64,000 nucleotides of DNA from Chromera velia (Eukaryota). The stretch spans positions 62,001-126,000 of the forward strand of contig JAHBMJ010000002.1 of assembly GCA_018398765.1 (NCBI GenBank). Direction: 5' to 3'. Shown piece after piece: positions 24,568 through 39,667 of this stretch (position 1 is the stretch's first letter; each line of letters starts with the position of its first letter). The position numbers and the translations under genes were made by a program. The notes below the pieces were generated by a model. It was given only the letters and a program-made list of their open reading frames with translations, did not search any database and had not been told where the DNA came from.

Positions 24568-25083
24568 TCTATCATCTTTTCTTCACTTCATTTTTTCTGA
24601 ATCACCTCCTTTCTTTCCGACAGATAAACAGACAAGTAGGCATGCAGACAGACTGGCAGACAGACAAACAGACAGTTACAGACAGTCTAAAATAGACAGA
24701 CAAACAGACAGACATACAAACAGACACACAAACAGACAGAGAGACAGACAGATAGACAGACAGACAGATAGACAGACTCTATATTTTTTCTTTTTCTCCC
24801 TTCTTTTGTTCAATAACATAGCAGACAACAGACAGACAGACAGACAGACAGACCGACAGATAAACAGACAGATAGTAGACAGAGACGGTTATTAACCATG
24901 CGGAGATGTACAGGAACGGCCCCGAAAAGTTTTTGAACGTGGTCTAGAAAAGAGTTAAATTACGGTAACTTGACTCCTCTAACAGGCTAAAAAAAGCCGT
25001 TGGTAACCAGTAAAAAGTTACGCAATTCTGGTAACCCAACTTTTTTATAAAAGTCTCTTAGTAACTCTTAAGGTCCAAGTGTA
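24097..25083. mobile_element. Non-autonomous TIR DNA transposon (MITE-like), 8-bp TSD, hAT-like
   Basis: 23-bp TIRs TACACTTGGACTTTAAGAGTTAC and GTAACTCTTAAGGTCCAAGTGTA (1 mismatch) are flanked by the direct repeat CTCTATAT at 24089-24096 and 25084-25091. The interior has (CAGA)n tracts and no transposase. Confidence 0.85.
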
Positions 25084-25206
25084 CTCTATATTTTTTGAAT
25101 GATTTTTTGCCCTAGTTTTTGCTTAAAATGACTCAAACTCATATGATAAAATTAAAATTAATTAGTTGAATTCAATTTAAGATATTCTATTGTTTTAAAT
25201 AGGTTG

Positions 25207-25308
25207 TTCTCAAAGCGCTTTGTCAGTGGCTTGGGATCTGCATGGCCGCTTCTCGTGTCGCTAGGTCCGAGTCTACGATTTAATTAACACTCAATCATAT
25301 CATCATCC
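25207..25308 (+). mobile_element. Short retroelement 3'-end remnant related to ~16540-16612
   Basis: Shares CTCAAAGC, CTTGGGAT, GTCGCTA and TTAAC.CTCAATCAT..ATCATC blocks in the same order. Confidence 0.4.
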
Positions 25309-25612
25309 AGCCGAGTCATCAAATCTAGCATTAAATATACTTTTTGTAGTTTCAAACATTTATTAAACTATTTTTTTCCCGAATCATAATTTTTTCCTAC
25401 TTTTTTTTTTCTGGAAATTTCCCAAACTTTTTAGTGTATGGGCCGGCCATTGATGAACATAGTAATTATATCAATTCATGATCATGCACATCTTGATTCA
25501 TGGTACTAGTTAGTAAAAGTTTGAAAATTAAAGGAAAACATATACTAAGCACGGCACTTCACACGGAGCGGTCCATTCATGCGGGGCATATAGTTTAAGG
25601 ATTCATGCAAAA

Positions 25613-27978
25613 TCACAACTCAAAGCAGATGTCCACGATTCGAGGCTTGAGGTTGTACTCCCCCCTAAGACCCCGAAGGTACCTTTTCATCACTGGGGGG
25701 TTCGTTCCCACCTCCTGGGGGGTGCTTGTGGCCTCGTGCTTCTTCAGCCAGACCTGGGTCTCGTTCTCTCTCCTGGAGAGGGAGTACACACAGAAAGAAA
25801 GAAGTACAAACACAGAGAGAAATCAATGTACAAATGCAGGGAATGAGATTCACTTCTAAACGTTTGCAAACAGGGCCTTGTACTTCTGCAATAGCAGCCA
25901 GCAACCCCGGCATCCATCCTGCTCACGACTACACCACTCGCAGGGAGCAAATTAAGGGTTGCAAAAGAAGAAGAGAGAGTGTGCACCGGAGAAAAGGAGA
26001 AGGACACACCAAGGGACAGAAAGTTCAGTCTGATTATCTCAGCTTTCCTCCGCCCAGCGCTCAGCCTTTCTCTCAGCCAGTCCATCAATGAATCCATCAA
26101 TCCCCCATTCACACACAAAAAGAAGGGCAGCACACCCAACCCCACACCGACCGACCTGAAGTTTGAGAGCACCGTCTGGCTGTCCTTCGTCGACCTCCCT
26201 CTGATGTCTGCCCATTGGAGCGCTTGTTTTCTCAACTCCCACTCATTCCACTCATACGTCCTGCAAAGGACGGGAAGGGGGAAAGGAACATCGAATGCCG
26301 TGCTGCTGTCGGAGTCTCATCGTGTGTGCGCAATGAAACGCGTGGCGTAAACTTTTGCCGGGCAGTCTCTTCTTTTAAGTGCTGCGTTGCTTGCACGTCC
26401 CCCAACAACTTACAGAAAGAAGTAAACGGTTCTTCTAGACAAAGAAGTCAGACTATAGAGACACAACGTCCTAAATGTCTTGGAGCCAATTCGCGACTCG
26501 GAAGAAGGGGCGCGCGGACAAGAAGCGGACATACACGCATACGTACACGCATACACAAAGACGGGCAAACATCTGTTGGCAACAAGAAGACAAATAGACA
26601 CTGGCACACATAAACAACTCACCCACCCCTCCCTCACTCACTTCCTCACGTCTTATCCCACCTGTCTCTATGCTTCTCCACGAAATGCGTAGGTGTGATG
26701 GTTGCGGCATCTGCCTGGAGGGGCATCGCCAGAACTGCACCGTCCACGTCAGCTGCCCTCTGGAGAATGTTCAGGAGTGAGGACCTGCAGGGAGGCAAAA
26801 GAATGAGGCAACACCACAACGACTGTTGGTAGAGAACAAAACCCAAACAGCCACAAAAACACGTTGCCTGCAGGGGTCAGAGGATTCCGACAAACAGAAC
26901 GAGAAGGATGAATACATGGGGGTACGCGCGCCCCGAGATACCAATCGCAAAGCTAAGAAGAGGTGTGCAGAAAATGAACCATATGCAAAGAGGTGCGGCA
27001 CTAAAAGGACACAACTCGTTCTTCGAGCAATCCACCTTCTATCCGTCGAGACGCATTCGACGAATTCCTCTCAGAAGTCTGCAATTTTTCCCCCTCACTT
27101 AGCCTTACTATTTCCTTTTATCCCACTGACTGCCTGACAGAAAGACTCAAAGACTCACTTGGCAAAGTCCATATGGAGCCTCATCAGGTGGATGAGCTCG
27201 GGCCGATGCAGGCATGAGTCCCTGCATGCATGCATTTGTTCAGACGGTCATGCATTCACACATGAGTCACACATACTTTCAGACATACCGGACAGAAAAG
27301 GAGAGAGAGAGGGACACACACACACACAGCCAGAGAGACGGGCGGGGGGGGTGCAGTGGTCAATTCATGATGAAAACACCTCCTTCTTCTCTCACGTGAC
27401 GTCAAATCCCACGGGCCGACTCCCCGCCTGGCTGCCTCTCGATCCGACCTGATGCCGATGAAGTATCTCTCTGGCCGTGCGAGGAATTCGTCCTTCGCCT
27501 TGTCGTGGTGGAAGACGCAGAACCGTCCCTGATCGAGGGGGGGAGGTATGGATGGATGGATTCATTCTCTTCGATCTTCTTTCACTCAGTCAGGGAACAG
27601 AGATGTTGAGGGACAGAGCAGGAACGAGGACCCTTCAGCTCGCCCTCTCCACGTGTCGTCAAGCCAGAACAAAGAAAGAAAACAAAATGCAAAAAAAGGT
27701 TTTGGGGGAACGACTGAATGAACCTGGTGTCAATCGGATAAGCAGCTTCGGGCAGGTCGGTGTTTAGGGGGGAAAGAGCACCCCTCATTGACTCCCTCTC
27801 TCTGTCTGTCATGTGTCTGCACTCACCTTATACTTGACAACTCCCAGCGAAGGCCTCCCTGAGATCAGAACTCCTCTCTCTACGAGAGTCCACACACAGA
27901 AACCCTGTGAGACAATCAGACAGACAGACTTTATGTTTCTTCTTCTCCCTTCTTTCCAGACAGACTATATCGTCTTTC

Positions 27979-28011
<33 letters not shown>

Positions 28012-31000
28012 CACAGACTTTATGTTACACAGACAGACAGACAAACAGACAGACGGTCAGGAGACGAGACAGACAGGGGAACGGCAAAGACAAGCAAGAT
28101 AAATTGGGACGCTTTGGAAAAGGAACGGCCTACTTGGGGAGCATCAGAACAGTAGCATTTCTTATGAATGAGCCGGAAGAACTGTCTATGGAAGGCACTG
28201 CCAGAATTCAAATCGCAGATACGTGAGGGGAAAACAAGTGCACTCACTTAGCGACCAAAACCATTGGAGGAGAGGAGCAACAGAGAGGCCCCCCTGGACG
28301 ATTTCAAGGTCCGAGTGTTCTTCTCTGTTTTAAAACGCTCTCTTCCTTTGAAAGTGCCCCTTCATTTATCCCACACCTACTTGAAAGTCCAGAGGCAGAT
28401 GCAGAAAGTCCTGAGTGTTGTCCTCTGTGATCAACACAGGCTCCTCCACGTCCTGGACAGTCCCCTCTTCAGGAACAAAACCTAGGGGGGGCTGCACAGG
28501 AGGATCGAGGAGGGGTGTGGCTGATTTTGTTTCATCGGTTCGTTCGAATTCCATCAGTAGAAGGAAGCAGATAGAGAAACCATGTGTTCTTTGAGAGATG
28601 GTCGAGTCACGAAAATAGAGATTCGTTTCCTCCTTCGTGGGGGCATATCAATGAGCTCCGATGCCGCCTGCCTTTCCTGCCTGTCTTTCTTCTTGGTAGC
28701 TGGAGAAAAGTCAAGAGCTTTACAATTGGCTGTCTGCCTGCCTGCCGCTTTCTTTTCTTCCTGACTACCTGCCTGTCTGCCTGACCTCATCTGGGAGGGG
28801 AATGGTCTCAGGTGAGTTGTTCGCCTGCAGGGTGGCAGGACGTTTACATGGAGAAGTATGAAATTTTTGGAGGGGGAGAAATACGCATGCAATGGAATTC
28901 AAGGAGGTGTGGGCGGCCGGGTGCAAGCTCAGAAAGGAGCCAACTTAACTTTTCATGTGTGCATGCTCAGAGATGAGGACAATATGATTGTGCAGGCGGT
29001 ATGTAGACCTCCCCACTGGAAAGACTCAAGCAGGTCCTTGCAGATGTTGGATGGAGAAGTCTATCAGAGCGGTCCTGCGGGTAGATTGATTGCTCTTTCT
29101 TTCTGGGACCGATGCTTTTAATTTTAGAAGAGTGGGAGGGAACCCCACTCCAGAGAAAGAAGAATGAAGGAAGGCCAGCTGCACATTAGATGTACGTGTA
29201 TCTAGTCTAGCCCCGAAGCGAGAAAAGAAACACAGCGAGAGAGAAAAAAGGGACCTTTGCAGCTCGAGCGCTCTCCACGAGTTCCTGTGCAGGAGAGGGG
29301 AAGTATTCGTTCCTGTGGTTTCGGAGTCTCTCAAAGAGCGTCCTCCTGCAAGCAACGTCATGTGAGGATGCAGGGAGGTGGACTGTCAAGGAGGAAGGGC
29401 AAGGGAGAGAGGAAAGGAAGGTAAAAATATACTGAGAAAGAATCCACAAGGAGATGTTGATCAGGATGTCTTCTTTTTGTGTTCCTTAGAATAGCGCTCT
29501 AATGTTGTCCTGCCCTGCAGAAAGACAAAGGAACCAAACAGAGGCGCTGTTCTTCTGTCGTGCTGCATGTCTCTGCTGATTGATATGCATGCACGGACAA
29601 ATTCTCGCGCTGAAGAGTAAATGGACCCACCTGGACTGGAGCCACTGCAAGGAGGCGATTGCGGTCTGGTAGAGTCGTGCAGCGTTGTCGAACATTGGGT
29701 AGACCTGTGGGTAGGGAGGGGGGGGTGGAGGAGGGTGTCTATTTCCTTCCGTATTTTCAAAATAGAAAAAAGAGAGAGAACGAAAGCTAGGCAGACAGAC
29801 AGACACAAAGAAAGAAAACTTCAGAGTGGCCGCAAATCGATCACGGCTGCTCAGTTGACAATTTTGATTTCCTGGACTGACAATTTCCTTTGGCACCGTC
29901 TGTTTGTCTGCCACACTCGCATCGACCCTGGCCAGTTCCTCCTCCAGTTCTGTGTGGGCTGTCTGGAGTTTTTGCCGTGCAGAGGCGAGATCGTCCTGCA
30001 GAGACACCAGATAGGCCAGCAGCTGCCGGCAGTAAGCGAGCTCCTTCCGCAACTTGTCCAACTTTGGGGCTGCAGGGAAGGAGGTGGGAAGAAAGGAAGG
30101 AGGGAAGGAAAGAACGTTCACTGACACAGACAGAAAAGAATCGATCGGGTGCTGTTGAAGAGTGAGAAACTGGAAGTAAAAGACGAAAACAAAGACGAAA
30201 GGAAATGACGAGATAGATTATAAAAATTTTCTCCATTGCGTTCTACGAAAAAAAAATGCAGTCTCATGCAGCTCGAGGAAGAAGCATCAGCAAAGACAAA
30301 ACAAAAAGAAGGCGAAGAGCAAAGAGCCAAACACGACGGAGGGCAAGAGGACAAGGGAGGACAATGATTCATGCATGAAAGACGGTGGCTTGCCAGAATT
30401 AAAAGAAGATGTCGCAACGCCGTTTCTGTACAAGCGCTGGTGACGGACATTCACACTTTTCTCCCATTCACTGTCAGTGGCTGACTGACCATCAAGTTTG
30501 TCTTTCAGAAGGGGGGCATACAGGACAACGTCGCTGTATGAGGAGCACACAGCCGAGACTGTGTCCGTCTCTGACCGCAACAGTCCCTCCAGCTCTGACC
30601 CGTCCTCAAGCACTTTGTCGTCAAGCGGCCTCAGCCCCGCGCCCCCCTTCCGAATCTTTTGATTGTAAAGCCGGATGCCCAACACGATAGAGGCCAATTC
30701 AGACAACTGGGCCACCCTCTCCGCTGGACTCAACGCAATGAACGGACGAAGCCCAACACGTGGAAAGACAGACTCCAGTGCTGCTGCTACCTCTCTCTCT
30801 ATGGCTGCGTTCTTCGGTTGTGTTGCTTGCTCAATCGCCCCGCATTTCAATAACAACAGGTGAAAGACCTTTCTGTACAGTGCTGCCAGATTGTCAAAAT
30901 CATCCGCAACCGTTTTTGTCGCACTGTCAATGAAAGCTTCTGAGATTTCGGATGTCAGCGCACTCTGCTGCTCTTCTCGTTGCCGTGCTTCTTTCATCAG

Positions 31001-31276
31001 TCTCCTGGACTCGTCGAGGAACGCGCTGTCATACACGGCCTGAAGTCTCAAAGTTTCCAGTGCAGGGTTGTTCCTTGAGAAGATCTTCCGCACTGCTGCC
31101 TCGACTAGGGCTCTGGCTTCTGTTTCGTCCAGGCCTTTGTCTACGTAGAAGGTCCCAGAGGCCGGGTTGAGAATGGTACTGGCAATGAAGGCCGCATAGG
31201 TCTCAGACACGGCCTGCCCAATCTGTCTACAGGCAATCACGATTTCGCGCGTGATCGCGGCAAGCCCGATAATCAT
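25613..31276 (-). CDS. CFAP206: Cilia- and flagella-associated protein 206, multi-exon
   Basis: Exon 1 has VSETYAAFI, LETLRLQAVYD and REVAAALESVFP..QLSELASIVLGIRLYN..GGAGL. Later exons read RKELAYCRQ, VPKEI|VYPMF, LPLDFQ|GFCVWTLV..G.P.LGV, PELIHLMRL, TPTHFVEK, YEWNEWELRKQALQWAD, SNFR|RENETQVW and YLRGLRG..ICFEL* at 25613. Confidence 0.92.
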
Positions 31277-31722
31277 CTTGACTGCGAGAGGGGCGAAGCC
31301 GTTCGTATGCTCGGGCGCTTCTGCTCTTGTAGGATGTTTCTTTCACCCTTCCACGCAGAGAGAGAAGGGATTTGCGTGTGGCGCTACAGCAAATCAAACG
31401 TGCCACAGCTAGTCTGACAGAACAACAGTAGCATGCAGGTGGGCAACTCGACCGTTCCAAAGCTTGCTGGAGTCAGACCGCTTCTCCGAGTGTTTGCAGA
31501 AGAAAAAATAACATCGGGGTGACTTGCTTGGCTGGCAGTCAGTCATAGAGCCGCCAAAGGCACGGAAGATATATATGGATAGCGAGGTACGTATACATAG
31601 ATCGACATGTATATATATATATATATATTATATTATATACTTCGCTCTTCATAATACGTGCCCCTCCAGTATAACTCGCACAGAGTTAATTACATATGTG
31701 TTCATGCGCGGTCCCGAAAAGC

Positions 31723-32134
31723 ATATACCAAGCGCAACTCAATTTGGCACGATTACGATTGTGATTGCAAATGTGAAAAAGATTTTTATCGTGCAAACAG
31801 TCTTTTAAGACTTGCGATATGTTTCTGATAATATTTGTAAAGTCTGTGCAAATTTTCAAGTTCGTACGCGCCACCGATTACGTTTGCGAAAAATATAAAA
31901 ATTCAAAGTCAGGATTCGTTTTCCAGGGCCGCCCGACTTTGAATTTTCATATTTTTTACAAACGTAATTGGTCACGCGTACGAACTTGAAAATTTATACA
32001 GACTTTACGAATATTATCAGAAACATGTTGCAAGTCTGAAAAAACTGTTTCCGCGATGAAAATATTTTTCACATTTGCAATCCCAAACGTAATTGGCTGT
32101 ATGGGTTTGCCAAATTAAGTTGCGCTTGGTATAT
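31723..32134. mobile_element. Foldback element / MITE made almost entirely of ~190-bp inverted arms
   Basis: ATATACCAAGCGCAACT..TTCAAAGTC, then a ~25-nt loop around 31910-31935, then GACTTTGAA..AGTTGCGCTTGGTATAT. The ends are TA-rich. Confidence 0.85.
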
Positions 32135-33543
32135 ACGTATACGTACCAACTAATACAATTAACGTATACAATTTTGAATAAATTAATTCATATTATAATT
32201 CATGCGATGCATTCAATACAGAATTTACCAGGAATTAACTTTTGTCAGTTTTTTCTTGGTGGCTCCGTAACTGTATGCATGTGGCCCCGCGCGCGAGTAA
32301 CGAAAAGAACATGCACCTGTATGCCGCAACAGTCAGTATACCACTCAATTTTAATAAGAGCCCCGCGCGCACAAGCCTCAACAACTTTCCGGGATTCATG
32401 ACATGGTGCGAGTTTGGCGCAATGTAAGCGAAAAACACTTTTTGGACCACTTAAAAAGAGCCCTAAATATAACTGTTATATCTGTTGCAGTGTTGCATGC
32501 ATGCACTTAATCAAATCTACGTATACGTCGGAAATGCCACAATTGATGGAATGCGTAACCTAGGAATGTATTAGGCATAATTTCTATATACTCGACTAAC
32601 CTTTTAGGCTGAGTGTAGGGGACTTGCATCTACTTATAGAGACGTTGATGGTATGACTTGCAGAGAAGGCAACAACCACTCAGTTCCTCTAAAAAAGCTT
32701 CTACATTAGCTTTTTAGGCCTCCAAACCCTCTAGTCATAGCCAATGCAAGAGGCGAGTGCAAGCAGGGTGTCAATTTTCTGTCAAAGGAGTTATGCGAGA
32801 GAGATGGTGGTAGTCCAGATTAGATACAGGAATTCTCTTACCCTCTCGAGGTTGCGTAGGATACCATAGCTCCACAGAACATCTTTTTTCCCAGTACTTC
32901 CCACGAAACGGAGATAAAGGTCTTAGTTTCTTCAACATAGCAGACTTTTTCTTTGTTCGGGTTAGGGCTTGTCATTTTAGGTCTAATAACACAGATTCAA
33001 CAACAGGCCTAGCTGCCTCTTTTATTTTGAGTCTGTTATTGAACAGTTGTTTAAGTTGGGACTCTTGCATGTCAAAAAAGTCTCTTCAGATACTTACTTA
33101 AACTCTTCATTTGGAAGGCCCCAATCTCTGAATCTATGGTGACAGTACAGGGTGTCTTGCAGAAGATTGGAATTAAGTCAAACAGACTCCGTCTTCAGAT
33201 TTTGTACACTGATCACTTTTTTTTTCGCGCTTTGCGCGCATTCTATCAATTCTGGTTTCACGATGCGTGCATGCATGCATCGATCGGTGCATACGTTAAA
33301 TTTATATCGCGTGAATTGCATGCATCGATCGGTGCATACGTTAAATTTATATCGCGTATGTACAGATCGAGGTCGATACATATATACTTATAATTAATTG
33401 TAAATATGATTTACATTTATATATACGTGCATTCATGCTGCCGCTCCCTGTCGTGAAAATCTGTGCATAGATCATGCTTCAAAAGTGTCAGAGTGTGTCA
33501 GCAGTACGTATGTCGGGATGCGTGAAGTCAGCGTTGGGAATAG

Positions 33544-38064
<4,521 letters not shown>

Positions 38065-39667
38065 TTGTTAGTAGCTGCATGTTTTTTCGTCTTTAAATGG
38101 TAGAATTGGAACTATGACCTCTGGAAAAACATTTGGGTGCCAGTGCACTTTTTATATTGGGTGATGACTGAGCATCATGACTCATGCATGCAGATGATTC
38201 ATGACTTTCATAAATTTGCTAGGAGCCCCTCTGAAAGTTTTGTTGCCTTTCATTCTTCTTCGTTTTTGAAATCATGTTTTCATTGAAAAATAATTTAACA
38301 GCTTTGAAAAGATGTTAGCGAGCAGTATGATACTTAGTCTAAGCATGATAGGCTATCTGACGTACGTATCCACCTTTTTTTTTTAAGCCTGTGATCTCTT
38401 GTAATTTTTTTTCACCTTTTTTGTTTGTTTATGCAGAATAAAAAAAAAGCACCGTACGTGACGCGGTTAAAGTTCTCTAGGGACCAGTTTTAACTAAGTT
38501 CTTTTTACTGGAATGGCCGCGGTCAGTTGTGTATATCTACTTTCCGTTCTTTAAAATATAGAAACCTGGGGACCCTTTTTAAATTTCTGAATGCAATAAA
38601 ACAGTTTATAACAATATTGAAAAACGAAGTCACCGTTTTGCAGCTACAGAGAGACTCAAAATTGGATGGATCCACATACTCACCTTTTTCCTAGCCTTTT
38701 TCATTGCAACTTCTTTTCTTCTTTTCAGTGTTTTCACTTCATCCTCTCACATTATATCAAACAACCACTGCGTTTCCTTCTTGCTTTTATACCTCAGGCT
38801 GTCTCCAGGTTTGGCTGAAAATGACTGGCTGAATTCCATATAATAGTTATGTTTCCCAGTTTTTTGAACAACTCACTCTCAATCCGTCTCTAATTCAATC
38901 GATCTGAATCTATTTTTTGCACTGTACGTAGCGCTACTCAGTTATTTTCAGTTCTAGTTCCGGTTATTTGATTAGCTTGTGCACTACCAGATAGTATTAC
39001 TCAGGGCGGCTAGTAGGGCCTAAGGAGGCTACTCGCTTATGTACATGGACCATTTTATTATGCATACATGACTAACCAGTCAAAACCTGCATGGTTTCAG
39101 TGTGATCTATTGAATTGTTAGTAGCCTGCATGTTTACTATAGTGTTTAGAACATCGGCAAACAGGTCTAAAAACAGGTTGACGTGGTCTAGTACTAAGGA
39201 TGAGAAAAGGTGCATCAAGTGTTGTTGCAAAGCTGCGCTTGGGACAAACGTTCAGGCTATTAATTAAAACTATATCCAATACGTGTAACTTACATAGTGT
39301 AAGCAAGATGCATCGTATTATTATAATTCGTAAATATGTACTAGTCAGATTTCATAAAAGTTTTATACGATATAAATTATAAAAAAAAAGTTTAGAATAT
39401 AACGGTCTCTTTATTAACCGAACCTTTAGATTTTAAGAGTTGCTCGCTAGGTTCAGCGATCGTCTAGACGATAGTTTTCATAACAGATCTATGAATCTAT
39501 CATAATACATGTATTAGCTTATTTTATCTCTTTTTTTTCTTCATATCAAGTAAAAACTAGAGTAAAGATCGCATATAAGATCGCATGAGAATTGTAATAC
39601 ACTACAGTATCGCCATACAAAAGACTTCACTGCAGCTGCGGGTGGGCTCATCGTTACGATGGATAAA

